A DNA stretch of 32,000 nucleotides from Pseudomonadota bacterium (GTDB lineage Bacteria; Pseudomonadota; Gammaproteobacteria; Methylococcales; Methylomonadaceae). The stretch spans positions 10,393 through 42,392 of the forward strand of contig JBDLTP010000056.1 of assembly GCA_039805765.1 (NCBI GenBank), read 5' to 3'. The position numbers were made by a program, and so were the translations under genes. Of this stretch, positions 1 to 9,865 are shown in pieces; position 1 is the first letter of the stretch, and the number at the start of each line of letters is the position of its first letter. Below the pieces are notes generated by a model. That model had not been told where the DNA came from, ran no database searches, and saw only the letters and a list, made by a program, of their open reading frames with translations.

Positions 1-404
1 ATCGGCAATTAGCAAAAGTGGATTTTTCTGATGAATTTGAAACACTGAATTTATCTTTACTCGATGACGCCTATTACACACCGGCGTCACTCAATGATCA
101 GTATAAAATAGTCCGCATGGCTTGGTTAGAAAAATATTACCGTCGATTGCGTGATGCTAGCGTCAATGAAGTTGAGCGAATATCGAGAATGAATAGGGTA
201 AATCCGCTGTATGTCCCGAGAAATTATTTATTGCAGAATGCCATAGATGACGCCAATAAGGGTAACTATGATGAAATTCATCAATTACTTGAGGTGTTTC
301 GCAATCCTTATCAAGAAAATAGTCAGTGGGCAAAATACAGTCAAAAACGACCAGCGTGGGCAAATGACAAAGCAGGATGTTCGATGCTTTCGTGTAGTTC
401 ATAA
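1..404 (+). CDS. selO: Protein adenylyltransferase SelO/YdiU (UPF0061) family, C-terminal part; 5' end lies outside the window
   Basis: The frame is open from the left edge (codons from nt 3); the GTG at 18 is only the ORF-caller's start. The translation ...RMNRVNPLYVPRNYLLQNAIDDANKGNYDEIHQLLEVFRNPYQE... matches the conserved C-terminal region of the SelO family. It ends ...LSCSS, with Cys where eukaryotic SelO carries Sec. Stop TAA at 402-404. Confidence 0.8.
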   Translation, partial: RQLAKVDFSDEFETLNLSLLDDAYYTPASLNDQYKIVRMAWLEKYYRRLRDASVNEVERISRMNRVNPLYVPRNYLLQNAIDDANKGNYDEIHQLLEVFRNPYQENSQWAKYSQKRPAWANDKAGCSMLSCSS

Positions 405-604
405 GCTTATTATTTGTAAAGACTGTGTCTAATAAAATTGCCATCGCTGGCTGAGATTTTTGACGTAACCCATTTAACGTTTACAATGCATTTTATGGCG
501 AAATGAGAGTAAAATTTACTCTTTGCTTTTTATCTTATTTTTCATCATCAAATCGGAATGTTATTTTTGACTGGTTTTTAAGAGCTGAAAACGCATCTTG
601 ATTT

Positions 605-665
605 TCATTTAACGCTCATTTTTTGAGAACTTTCAGCAGTTTTCTCAAAATACACCGTTAAATGA
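605..665. promoter_or_regulatory. Nested imperfect palindrome upstream of the MutS-like gene (candidate operator or 5'-UTR structure)
   Basis: Outer arms are TCATTTAACG (605-614) and CGTTAAATGA (656-665). Inner arms are TTTTGAGAA (621-629) and TTCTCAAAA (642-650). A third copy of CATTTAACG lies at 471-479. The element sits 76-136 nt upstream of the GTG start at 741. Confidence 0.3.
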
Positions 666-740
666 AGCTTTCGCTCACAATACCGATGATTAAAAAATGC
701 ATCAAAGCAATTAATAATATTCCTTATATGGAGACATCAA

Positions 741-2309
741 GTGAAAAAAAATTTACTCGGTTTATGGAAACATTTAGATTGGCCCTCGATAAAAGTGACT
801 GAACCTCTGCCAACGGGTGAAGGCGTATTAGATGCGGGTGGGGTAAGCGGTTTAGAAGTTGAAAATTTATTTGATGCGATAAATTATGCAGAATTGGTTA
901 TTGGACAATCTGTTCTATTTCGATCGCTTGTGACGCCTTTAAACAAAAGACACGATATTGAAAATAAACAGCTGGCATTAGAAGAGTTGCGCGACAACGT
1001 CGCATTAAAAACAGCTATTCAAAATATTATCAGCATTGGCGTTGAGCGTGAAAATAGTTTTTATCGTTTATTATTTGCTGATTTTCTCCCGATGTTTGGA
1101 AGTAGTAAAAATGGCAAAGATATTGAAGGTTACGGTTATCCACAATATAAACGGGGGGTGCGTTTTGTGACGAATTTTGTCACAGGTATTCAAGCGTGTC
1201 CACCTCCAGAAAGTGCCTATTTAAACGAGTTATTTGACCATATTAAATCGTTTGCTGCGAGTCGCACGTATGCGTTAATGACGCAGAGTGTGTATTTAAC
1301 GGAAACGAGTTTGCAAACCCGCCAAGAACGTAGCAAATCGTGGTGGCTACCCGCTGTCGTATTTTATCCACGTCTATTTAAGCCCTTACTCCTCGCCTTA
1401 CTGACCGCGGCATTATGCACGTTGTTTTACTTTATTCCTTCGGTGATTGGTCAAGCGCTTTTTTTGTCTCCTTTCTTATTACTTTATTTCCCATGGGTAG
1501 GTAATTTTGATCGAGATAATTTTATTATTCCTTTGCGTGAAGAATATAAACAGTCCCAAGAATTAGCGAGTGCGTTGGATGCGCTTGGGCAATTAGATGA
1601 ATTATTGTCATTTCTGAAATTGGCTGATCATTTTGGTCATACCAGCGTATTACCATCAATGGTTGATAGTGAACAACATCGAATGATTCTCTGTGAGGCC
1701 ATGAATCCTATTTTGGGGAAAGAAAATCCTCAATATGTGGGTAATGATTTGACACTTGATCACAATAAAGTATTAGCCATTACGGGGCCTAATAGTGGCG
1801 GCAAAACGGCATTTTGCAAAACTATTTCGCAAATTCAATTGCTTGCTCAAATTGGATGCTTTGTTCCAGCTCGAAGTGCGACATTGAGTGTTGCGGATAA
1901 AATCTTTTATCAAGCACCTGAAATTAGTAAACTTAACGACGGTGAAGGTCGTTTTGGGGCGGAGCTTAAGCGGACAAAAGAAGTCTTTTTAGCGTGTAGT
2001 GCGCGGAGTTTAGTTATTTTGGATGAGTTATCTGAAGGGACCACATTTGAAGAGAAAATGGAATCATCCTTGACGGTATTAAGTGGTTTTTATCGCAAAG
2101 GGAATAGTACTATTTTAATAACCCACAATCATCAATTAGTCGATGAGCTTGTAAAACAGCACATTGGTGTGGCGCGGCAGGTTGAGTTTTTAGGGGATTT
2201 GCCCACCCATAAAATTATTGATGGGATTTCTCGGGTGAGTCATGCAGATCGCGTAGCGAAAAAAATTGGTTTTTCAAAAGAAGATATTGATTTTTATCTT
2301 ACGCAATAA
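741..2309 (+). CDS. MutS-related ATPase (MutS core plus domain V only) with an internal transmembrane hairpin; function unknown
   Basis: GTG start has GGAG at 730-733. Walker A is ITGPNSGGKT (aa 347-356) and Walker B is ILDELSEGTT (aa 426-435). An S/T-F-x-x-E-like GRFGAELKRT and an ITHNH motif are as in MutS domain V. The hydrophobic stretch at aa ~201-253 (WWLPAVVF...LLLALLTAALCTLFYFIPSVIGQALFLSPFLLLYFPWV) predicts two TM helices. No mismatch-binding domain I is recognisable. Confidence 0.75.
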   Translation: MKKNLLGLWKHLDWPSIKVTEPLPTGEGVLDAGGVSGLEVENLFDAINYAELVIGQSVLFRSLVTPLNKRHDIENKQLALEELRDNVALKTAIQNIISIGVERENSFYRLLFADFLPMFGSSKNGKDIEGYGYPQYKRGVRFVTNFVTGIQACPPPESAYLNELFDHIKSFAASRTYALMTQSVYLTETSLQTRQERSKSWWLPAVVFYPRLFKPLLLALLTAALCTLFYFIPSVIGQALFLSPFLLLYFPWVGNFDRDNFIIPLREEYKQSQELASALDALGQLDELLSFLKLADHFGHTSVLPSMVDSEQHRMILCEAMNPILGKENPQYVGNDLTLDHNKVLAITGPNSGGKTAFCKTISQIQLLAQIGCFVPARSATLSVADKIFYQAPEISKLNDGEGRFGAELKRTKEVFLACSARSLVILDELSEGTTFEEKMESSLTVLSGFYRKGNSTILITHNHQLVDELVKQHIGVARQVEFLGDLPTHKIIDGISRVSHADRVAKKIGFSKEDIDFYLTQ

Positions 2310-2362
2310 TTCGTCATTGACGATGGTAATTTATTGGTTAATGGTGCAGTACTAATTTTATG

Positions 2363-2397
2363 GTGCAGGATTTAATGAAACTAATTAAATCCTGCAC
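2363..2397. terminator. Hairpin between convergent genes (MutS-like gene and pntB), possibly a bidirectional terminator
   Basis: Perfect 14-bp arms GTGCAGGATTTAAT (2363-2376) and ATTAAATCCTGCAC (2384-2397) with a 7-nt loop. It lies between the two stop codons at 2309 and 2412. No strong U-tract on either strand, so termination efficiency is uncertain. Confidence 0.5.
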
Positions 2398-2411
2398 ATT
2401 ACTGACTTCGA

Positions 2412-3800
2412 CTATGCTTGCAACGCTTTTAAAACACCTTGTAGCATGATGTTCGCATCTCCAAATAGCATGCGTGTATTTTCTTCAACAAATAAGGGAT
2501 TGCCCACTCCAGCATATCCAGAGGCCATAGAGCGTTTAAGTACAATCGTTGTATCACCTTTCCAACATTCTAAGACAGGCATCCCCGCAATAGGACTATT
2601 GGGATCGGATAATGCGGATGGATTGACGATGTCATTTGCGCCAATTACAATTGATACTTCAACATCTGCCCAATCATTGTTAATTTCGTCCATTTCAAAC
2701 ACAATATCATAAGGAACTTTTGCTTCAGCTAGCAGAACATTCATGTGACCGGGCATACGTCCTGCCACAGGATGAATCCCAAATCCGACTTTTTTACCTT
2801 TTGATCGAAGCAGTTTTGTCATTTCATAAACGGTATGTTGAGCTTGCGCAACCGCCATCCCATAACCGGGAATAATCATAATGGTTTTAGCTTCCATCAA
2901 CAGTTTTGCCGTTTCATGGGCTTCAATAGATTGAATATCGCCGATGATTTCCGCAGCCTCACCACCCGATACGGTGCCAAATCCTCCTGCAATCACACTC
3001 AAAAAATGACGGTTCATGGCGCGGCACATAATATAACTCAAAATAGCACCACTACTGCCCACTAGCGCACCGGTGACAATTAATAAGTCATTACTGAGCA
3101 TAAAACCCGTTGCCGCAGCTGCCCAACCCGAATAACTATTGAGCATAGAGACAACAACAGGCATATCTGCGCCACCAATAGCCATAACCATGTGAATACC
3201 AAACGCTAATGCAACGATTGTCATGAGTAATAGCGGTAAGGTGCCTCCGTCAGTTTGGGTTGAACTTAAAAACCAGCTACCTAATAAAACTGCCAAAGTC
3301 AGTAGACCTAAGTTCAGTAAATGACGATTGGGAAGTAATAAGGGTTTTCCGCTAATACGCTCACTTAATTTACCAAATGCAATCACTGAACCTGAAAACG
3401 TCACCGCACCAATGAGAATACCTATATAAATTTCCACTTCATGTATGGTTTTCTCAACCCCACTCAAACTTCCGGTATCCATGAAATTGGTATAGCCGAC
3501 TAAAACAGCGGCTAATCCCACTAAACTGTGCATGATGGCAACCAGTTCAGGCATTTGCGTCATTTCAACTTTTGTTGCCGCTTTTGCCCCAATGACGCCG
3601 CCAATGGTCAATGCAATGATTAGCATCACATAACTGGTAACCGAAGCACTTAAAGCCGTCGCACCAATGGCGATTGCCATTCCCAACATACCGTAATAAT
3701 TGCCGCGACGAGCGGTTTCTTGTTTGCTCAAACCACTTAAACTCAAAATGAAAAGAATCGTGGCTACAATATATGACATCGTAACTAAACTTTGAGACAT
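2412..3800 (-). CDS. pntB: NAD(P) transhydrogenase subunit beta
   Basis: Multi-TM N-terminal half plus a C-terminal NADP(H)-binding domain (...[11 protein letters not shown]...[18 protein letters not shown]...GANDIVNP...) typical of PntB. I place the start at the ATG at 3800 (MSQSLVT...), which is preceded by GGGGAAGGA and lies 10 nt after the pntA stop. This gives 462 aa. The ORF-track start at 3830 would overlap pntA. Confidence 0.9.
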   Translation of the reverse strand: MSQSLVTMSYIVATILFILSLSGLSKQETARRGNYYGMLGMAIAIGATALSASVTSYVMLIIALTIGGVIGAKAATKVEMTQMPELVAIMHSLVGLAAVLVGYTNFMDTGSLSGVEKTIHEVEIYIGILIGAVTFSGSVIAFGKLSERISGKPLLLPNRHLLNLGLLTLAVLLGSWFLSSTQTDGGTLPLLLMTIVALAFGIHMVMAIGGADMPVVVSMLNSYSGWAAAATGFMLSNDLLIVTGALVGSSGAILSYIMCRAMNRHFLSVIAGGFGTVSGGEAAEIIGDIQSIEAHETAKLLMEAKTIMIIPGYGMAVAQAQHTVYEMTKLLRSKGKKVGFGIHPVAGRMPGHMNVLLAEAKVPYDIVFEMDEINNDWADVEVSIVIGANDIVNPSALSDPNSPIAGMPVLECWKGDTTIVLKRSMASGYAGVGNPLFVEENTRMLFGDANIMLQGVLKALQA

Positions 3801-3810
3801 AGTCCTTCCC

Positions 3811-5355
3811 CTATTTTCTAAACATATCAAGCATACGGCGTGTGACTAAAAAACCACCCGTAATATTGATGGTTGCAATTAAAATGGCCAATCCCGCTAG
3901 CAGACTCATGCTAATATTTGGCGTTGAAACTTGAATTAAGGCGCCAATCACAATAATGCCACTGATTGCATTGGTAACACTCATCAGCGGAGTGTGAAGT
4001 GAGGGGGATACATTCCAAATGACTTGATAACCAATAAAACAAGCAAGCACAAACACCGTGAAATGTGACATAAATGACGCAGGCGCTACTGATCCAACGC
4101 CAAACAACGCAAGACCACCAATAAGTAAAGGGATAAAAGGTTTAATAAAAGCGGGAATGAAGGAGGAGGATTCTTTTTTAACCACAATGACCGTGTCGGA
4201 TTTAGGTGCGGCGGCGGCAGAAAGGGTTGGAGGTGGGGGAGGCCAGGTAATTTTACCTTCTTTGATAACGGTTGCTCCGCGGAGGACTTCATCTTCAAAG
4301 TTGACGTTAATGGTTCCGTCTTTTTGCGGGGTTAACTCTGTCAGTAAATGCCGTAAATTAGTGGCATAAAGCTGACTAGATTGATTGGCTAAGCGACTTG
4401 GTAGATTGGTGTAGCCAATAATGGTAACGCCCTCTTTAAGCACGACCTCATCTTTTTGGGTTAACTCGCAATTTCCCCCTTGCTCTGCCGCTAAATCGAC
4501 AATAACACTCCCTGCTTTCATGGATTTTACCATTTGAGTGGTAATTAATTTAGGGGCGGGGCGTCCAGGAATTAATGCGGTGGTAATAATAATATCCACT
4601 TCTTTTGCTTGTTGCGCAAAGAGTTCCATTTCAGCGGCAATAAATTCAGGGGACATGGTTTTAGCATACCCCCCAACTCCGCCTGCATCTTGATCATCAT
4701 GAAAATCAAGCATTAAAAACTCAGCGTCCATGCTTTCGATTTGCTCTTTTACTTCAGGGCGCGTATCAAAAGCGCGAACAATAGCTCCCATTCCTTTAGC
4801 CGTCCCAATCGCTGCAAGACCAGCAACACCTGCGCCAATGACTAAAACTTTAGCGGGAGGGATTTTGCCAGCTGCGGTAATTTGCCCTGTAAAAAACCGT
4901 CCGAAATGTTGAGCGGCTTCTATCACGGCGCGGTATCCGGCAATATTTGCCATGGAACTGAGTGCATCGAGTTTTTGTGCGCGTGACATTCTAGGGACGC
5001 TATCCATCGCAAGAACCGTCACCTCTTTTTTGGCAAGATGCGCCATCAACTCTGGATTCTGCGCTGGCCAGATAAAGCAGATTAAGGTTTTTGCGTTGGG
5101 CATTAAATCCAGTTCTATTCCCTCTGGCGCACGCACTTTTAAAATAATATCTGCGTTTTTCCAAAGCGTTTTGGCTGTTTTAACAATTTCAACGCCTACT
5201 GCTCGATAAGCGTCATCGGAAATGTCTGCAGCGATACCCGCGCCGCTTTCAATACTAACACTAAATCCCAGTTTTATGATTTGGGCTGCGGCGTCAGGGG
5301 TGGTGGCGACACGTTTTTCGCCATCGTGAATTTCTTTTGGGATACTAATCTTCAT
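3811..5355 (-). CDS. pntA: NAD(P) transhydrogenase subunit alpha (fused alpha1 and alpha2)
   Basis: N-terminal alanine-dehydrogenase/PNT-like domain with Rossmann motif [22 protein letters not shown], a proline-rich linker (WPPPPPT) and a C-terminal four-helix membrane domain. It lies immediately upstream of pntB. Confidence 0.9.
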   Translation of the reverse strand: MKISIPKEIHDGEKRVATTPDAAAQIIKLGFSVSIESGAGIAADISDDAYRAVGVEIVKTAKTLWKNADIILKVRAPEGIELDLMPNAKTLICFIWPAQNPELMAHLAKKEVTVLAMDSVPRMSRAQKLDALSSMANIAGYRAVIEAAQHFGRFFTGQITAAGKIPPAKVLVIGAGVAGLAAIGTAKGMGAIVRAFDTRPEVKEQIESMDAEFLMLDFHDDQDAGGVGGYAKTMSPEFIAAEMELFAQQAKEVDIIITTALIPGRPAPKLITTQMVKSMKAGSVIVDLAAEQGGNCELTQKDEVVLKEGVTIIGYTNLPSRLANQSSQLYATNLRHLLTELTPQKDGTINVNFEDEVLRGATVIKEGKITWPPPPPTLSAAAAPKSDTVIVVKKESSSFIPAFIKPFIPLLIGGLALFGVGSVAPASFMSHFTVFVLACFIGYQVIWNVSPSLHTPLMSVTNAISGIIVIGALIQVSTPNISMSLLAGLAILIATINITGGFLVTRRMLDMFRK

Positions 5356-5660
5356 ACATACACCATTTAGTAGTTATTTTACATAGGATGATATGGGTGA
5401 CCAGCACGGCAAGTGATCTTTTCTATTTTTTTATATGCTTTTTGAGACTGATGTTAGAGTCTGCAATGCTAATCGGTTGCTATTATGCCATTAAGTTCGT
5501 TTGAGTAAGTACAATTAAACACAAGGTATTTTTTTGTTTAAGTAAATGGACGCTTAACACGAAATTATGCGCTAGGTAGATCAAAATTAGAATTGGACTT
5601 TAGATGCGCTATAGATGCTGTAAAGTCCATTTTAAGGGATAAATTGAGCCACTTTTTAAG

Positions 5661-8600
5661 TTAATTTTTCAATTCGTATTTCTTATTCCACTGTAACCTA
5701 TACTTCTTGATGGCATTATGAATATCATCCAAATAGGTATAAACCACTGGAATAACCAGTAAACTCAGTAAAGTAGACGTTATTAATCCGCCAATGACAG
5801 CAATAGCCATAGGACTTCGAAAAGAAGAATCTGAATCGCCAAAACCGACCGCAACTGGCAGCATTCCAGCACTCATAGCAATGGTTGTCATCACAATAGC
5901 GCGCGCACGTTTATGACAGGCATCAATTAAGGCTTCATGGCGTAGCAAATTTTTATCTCGCCTAGCAACAATTGCGTATTCCACGAGTAATATCGAATTT
6001 TTAGTTGCCACGCCCATTAGCATAATCAGTCCAATTAACGACGGCATAGAGAAGGCTTTTCCGGCAAGGAGGAGGGCAACAAAGCCCCCACCAAACGAAA
6101 GCGGCAATGCAGCAAGAATGGTAATAGGTTGTAGAAACTCTTTGAAAAGCAATACCAATACGACAAAAATACATAGCACTCCCGTCATCATAGCAACGCC
6201 AAAGCTACCAAATAATTCCGCCATCATTTCAGCATCGCCCATATTAATTTGTTTTAATCCTTTTGGGAGACTGACAATGCTGGGTAATTTTTGCACGGCA
6301 CTGGAGACATCGCCAAGTGGCATGCCAGAGAGTTCAATTTCAAAATTGACATTGCGTGAGCGGTCATACCGATCAATCATTGCAGGGCCACTTGAAAGCG
6401 ATAAATCAGCCACTTGACTGACCATCACAAAGCCGCCTTGACTCGATGGAACCGCCAATCTTTCTAGAACGCTTAAATCGCTACGTCCTTGCTCTGAGAG
6501 TTTGACCACTATTGGAATTTGTCGTTGAGATAAACTTAATTTAGGCAATAACCAATCATAATCACCCAGTGTTGCAATTCTTAGGGTATCCGCAATGGCC
6601 GTAGTGGTCACCCCTAAATCAGCTGCTCGCGAGAAATCGGTTTTTACGGCAATTTCAGGGCGTGTTAAAGCGGCACTTGAAACAATATTTCCCAGGCCCG
6701 CAATACCATGAAGTTCTCGCTCAACGTTTTGAGCAGTTGAACTTAGCGCTTGTGGATTATCGCCACTAATGACCAAAACATATTTCTCACCTGACCCCCC
6801 CAAGCCAACCTTGATACGAACCCCAGGTAAATCTTTGAGTGCTTGGCGGATATGCTTTTCAATGACTTGTTTGACAACAGGTCGGTCTTTGCCTTTTTCT
6901 AGCATAATGGTCAATGTGGCTTTTCTGACTTCATTATTTGCGCTACCGCTCCCCGGTTTTGGACTGACTTTTCCTACAGAGCCGCTACCAATTGTGGTGT
7001 ATATGGATTTGACATAAGGCACCTTTGCAATAAATTGTCGTGCCAATTTTGCTGAATGTTGAGTTTGGGTCAGTGTCGAACCTGGGGCTAATTCGATGAA
7101 AACCTGCGTTTGTGGCATGTTATCAGGAGGAATAAAGCCTTTGGGGAGTAAAGGAACCAACGAGAGAGAGCCAATAAAAAATAAGGTCGCTGCAGCAATT
7201 GTGGTTTTTCGATGATGTAAACTCCAATTTACAAGCGTGAGATAGAGTGTCATCACGCGTCCATCTTTTGGCTGAATATGGGGGCATTCTTTGAGTAGAT
7301 AGGCCGCCATCATAGGCGTTAGCATTCGGGCAACCAAAAGTGATGCGAGTATCGCTAAAACGGCAGTTAAACCAAATTGCTTGAAAAATAAGCCGACAAT
7401 GCCGCTCATAAACGCCGTAGGCAAAAAGACGGCAACTAAGGCAAAAGTGGTTGCAATAACAGCAAAACCAATTTCCGTTGCCGCATCTGACGCTGCTTGG
7501 TAAGGGGTTTTACCCATGCGCAAATGTCGAACAATGTTTTCAACTTCCACGATGGCATCATCAACTAAAATACCAATGACCAACGATAATGCTAATAGAC
7601 TGATCCCATTTAACGTAAAGCCAAAATAGTCCATGCCTAAAAAAGCGGGAATAATCGATAATGGCAAAGCGACCGCAGAAATTAACGTTGCTCGTAGATC
7701 TTTTAAAAAAAGCCAGACGACAAGTACGGCAAGCAAACTGCCTTCGTACAGCATGGTCATTGAGCTCTGGAACTTTTCTTGAATGGGATCAATGAAGTTA
7801 AACGCTTGTGTGAATGTAATGTCGGGGTTAGCTGTCCGTAATTCGTTTAGTGCTTTTTGGACGCCAATGCCCACTTCAACGTCACTTGCACCGCGACTTC
7901 GGGTCACTTCAAATCCTACTACTTCTTGGCCGTTAAGCATCGCTAGGGCGCGGCGCTCAGAAAATGTATCCTCAATGGTTGCAACTTGCTCAAGGCGAAT
8001 GTGGCGACCATTCATCAATGCAATTTCAAGTTGTCGAATACTCTCAACTGACGTTGAATTTGCCACTGCGCGTAAAGGTTGCTCACCTAAGCCTAAATTA
8101 ACGCGCCCTCCCGTACTTTCAGTTTGTATTTTGCGTAGTTGCTGAGAAATTTCAGCTGCCGTGATGCCTAGTGCTTGCAGTTTGAGTGGATCAAGTGTGA
8201 TGCTGATTTCTCGATTTACGCCACCTACGCGATTGATTGCACCAACACCCCGGACACTAAGTAATTTTTTAGCCACAACATCATCAACAAACCAAGACAG
8301 TGCTTCATCATCACGCTGAGCAGAAGTGGCGACTGAAAATGCTAAAATTGGCGATCCGGCAATATCAAGTTTGGTGATAATTGGATCGGGTATTTCGGTG
8401 GGTAAATCGGTGCGCACTTTTGCTACCGCTGATCGCACGTCATCTAACGCTTCTTGACCTGGTTTTTCTAATTGAAATTCAGCGGTGATGGCCACGCTCC
8501 CATCTTGAATTTTTGTGGTGATATGTTTTAGATTTGAAATAGTCGCAATGGAGTTTTCAATTTTTTGTGCGACTTCCGTTTCAAGTTGCGATGGTGAAGC

Positions 8601-8759
8601 GCCTGGCAAAGAAGCTGAAACACTTATTGTCGGCAAATCCAAATCGGGCATATTTTGCACTTTCATCGACTTGAAACTCATCAAGCCAGTAAAGCACAGT
8701 ATGACAAACAACATCAATGCTGGAATGGGGTTGCGAATACACCATGTAGACATATTCAT
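5661..8759 (-). CDS. RND efflux transporter, inner-membrane permease (AcrB/HAE1-like)
   Basis: 1032 aa with 12-TM RND architecture and two large periplasmic loops. TM4 motif is GILVDDAIVEVENIVRH. The start overlaps the stop of the upstream adaptor gene by 4 nt. Confidence 0.9.
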   Translation of the reverse strand: MNMSTWCIRNPIPALMLFVILCFTGLMSFKSMKVQNMPDLDLPTISVSASLPGASPSQLETEVAQKIENSIATISNLKHITTKIQDGSVAITAEFQLEKPGQEALDDVRSAVAKVRTDLPTEIPDPIITKLDIAGSPILAFSVATSAQRDDEALSWFVDDVVAKKLLSVRGVGAINRVGGVNREISITLDPLKLQALGITAAEISQQLRKIQTESTGGRVNLGLGEQPLRAVANSTSVESIRQLEIALMNGRHIRLEQVATIEDTFSERRALAMLNGQEVVGFEVTRSRGASDVEVGIGVQKALNELRTANPDITFTQAFNFIDPIQEKFQSSMTMLYEGSLLAVLVVWLFLKDLRATLISAVALPLSIIPAFLGMDYFGFTLNGISLLALSLVIGILVDDAIVEVENIVRHLRMGKTPYQAASDAATEIGFAVIATTFALVAVFLPTAFMSGIVGLFFKQFGLTAVLAILASLLVARMLTPMMAAYLLKECPHIQPKDGRVMTLYLTLVNWSLHHRKTTIAAATLFFIGSLSLVPLLPKGFIPPDNMPQTQVFIELAPGSTLTQTQHSAKLARQFIAKVPYVKSIYTTIGSGSVGKVSPKPGSGSANNEVRKATLTIMLEKGKDRPVVKQVIEKHIRQALKDLPGVRIKVGLGGSGEKYVLVISGDNPQALSSTAQNVERELHGIAGLGNIVSSAALTRPEIAVKTDFSRAADLGVTTTAIADTLRIATLGDYDWLLPKLSLSQRQIPIVVKLSEQGRSDLSVLERLAVPSSQGGFVMVSQVADLSLSSGPAMIDRYDRSRNVNFEIELSGMPLGDVSSAVQKLPSIVSLPKGLKQINMGDAEMMAELFGSFGVAMMTGVLCIFVVLVLLFKEFLQPITILAALPLSFGGGFVALLLAGKAFSMPSLIGLIMLMGVATKNSILLVEYAIVARRDKNLLRHEALIDACHKRARAIVMTTIAMSAGMLPVAVGFGDSDSSFRSPMAIAVIGGLITSTLLSLLVIPVVYTYLDDIHNAIKKYRLQWNKKYELKN

Positions 8760-9865
8760 GGCTTGACAACTCTCACCGTATCATTATCAGCTAAAAATGA
8801 CGCGCCACTAGCGACAATGACGTCATCACTACTTAGTCCAGCGGTGATTTCAATATCATCCGCTGCTCTGCGTCCAAGTTGGACTTTCAGTTGGGAAACT
8901 TTCGCCGTTTCTGCGTTTTTCATTTCGCGCATTTTAAAAACGTAGCTAAAGCCTTCGCGTTGCACTAATGCTGATTGTGGCAGTGTTAATGCGGCGCTAT
9001 GCCCTAAATTAAATTCCCCACGGGCAAACATACCCGCCCGCAAACCAAATGAAGCGGCGTCTGGCACATCAACATAAATTATCCCATACCGACTTTTCTC
9101 ATCTAATGTGGGTGCAATAGCGCGAATGGTCCCTTTTAGTTGACTGCCAACATTTGGCAACTCAAGATTAACGGTCATAGCGGGTTTGAGTTTTACTATT
9201 TCTGAGGCCATGACCTCACCGCGCCACTCCAATCGATTCTCTCGAATTAATCGAAATAATTCTTGTCCTTTTGTGGTGACAGCGCCTAGGGTAGCAGTGC
9301 GAGAAGAAATAACCCCATCATCGCTAGCGAGTACTTTTGTGTATTTTAGACGCAGTAATTGTGCCTCTAATTTGGCTTTTGCTGAGTCCACTTTAGCGCG
9401 TGCGGTTTTCTCTGCCGTTAAGAATTGGTCAATTTGCTGACGGCTCAAGGCTCCTGATGCGGAAACTTCAGTTGCGCGCGAGGCGTTGATTTGTGCTTCA
9501 GCTAAATTTGCCTCGACTTCATTTAGCGTCGCGCGACTTTGGGCAACATCGGTTAAAACACTTTCATCAGAGAATACCGCTAATATTTGATCTTTTTTGA
9601 CCGTATCGCCAACTTCGACGTTAACCTTCGTCAAACGTAATTCGCTGATTTCTGCACTAATAATCGCTTCATGCCACGCTGCTATTGATCCGTTGGCGGC
9701 TATTTTAAAGGGAATGTCTTGCAGAGTGGGTTTTATGAGCGTCACAGAAAGTGCTGGTTTTGATTCAAGACTTTTTTGCTCTGATTCGGATTTCTTGCTA
9801 CAACTTACGCTGATTCCAAGCCCAAATAAAAGAGCACTAAAAAGGCGATATTTTCCCTGTATCAT
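8756..9865 (-). CDS. RND efflux periplasmic adaptor (membrane fusion protein), probable lipoprotein
   Basis: N-terminal signal with lipobox-like SVSC. It has a biotinyl-lipoyl-like segment, a coiled-coil hairpin (ATLNEVEANLAEAQINASRA...KAKLEAQLLRLKYT) and a beta-barrel region, as in the HlyD/AcrA family. 4-nt overlaps with both neighbouring genes. Confidence 0.85.
   Translation of the reverse strand: MIQGKYRLFSALLFGLGISVSCSKKSESEQKSLESKPALSVTLIKPTLQDIPFKIAANGSIAAWHEAIISAEISELRLTKVNVEVGDTVKKDQILAVFSDESVLTDVAQSRATLNEVEANLAEAQINASRATEVSASGALSRQQIDQFLTAEKTARAKVDSAKAKLEAQLLRLKYTKVLASDDGVISSRTATLGAVTTKGQELFRLIRENRLEWRGEVMASEIVKLKPAMTVNLELPNVGSQLKGTIRAIAPTLDEKSRYGIIYVDVPDAASFGLRAGMFARGEFNLGHSAALTLPQSALVQREGFSYVFKMREMKNAETAKVSQLKVQLGRRAADDIEITAGLSSDDVIVASGASFLADNDTVRVVKP

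Noticed and set aside
505-523. Weak hairpin (AGAGTA/TACTCT) followed by a T-rich stretch as a possible selO terminator
   Set aside because: The stem is only 6-7 bp and AT-rich, and it lies 100 nt after the stop. This is too weak to call as a feature.
4208-4218. Self-targeting: spacer 24 (19605-19636) shares GCGGCGGCGGC with pntA
   Set aside because: The match is 11 nt of low-complexity GCG repeat, far short of a protospacer. No other in-window spacer match was noticed, but a full-genome search is still required.
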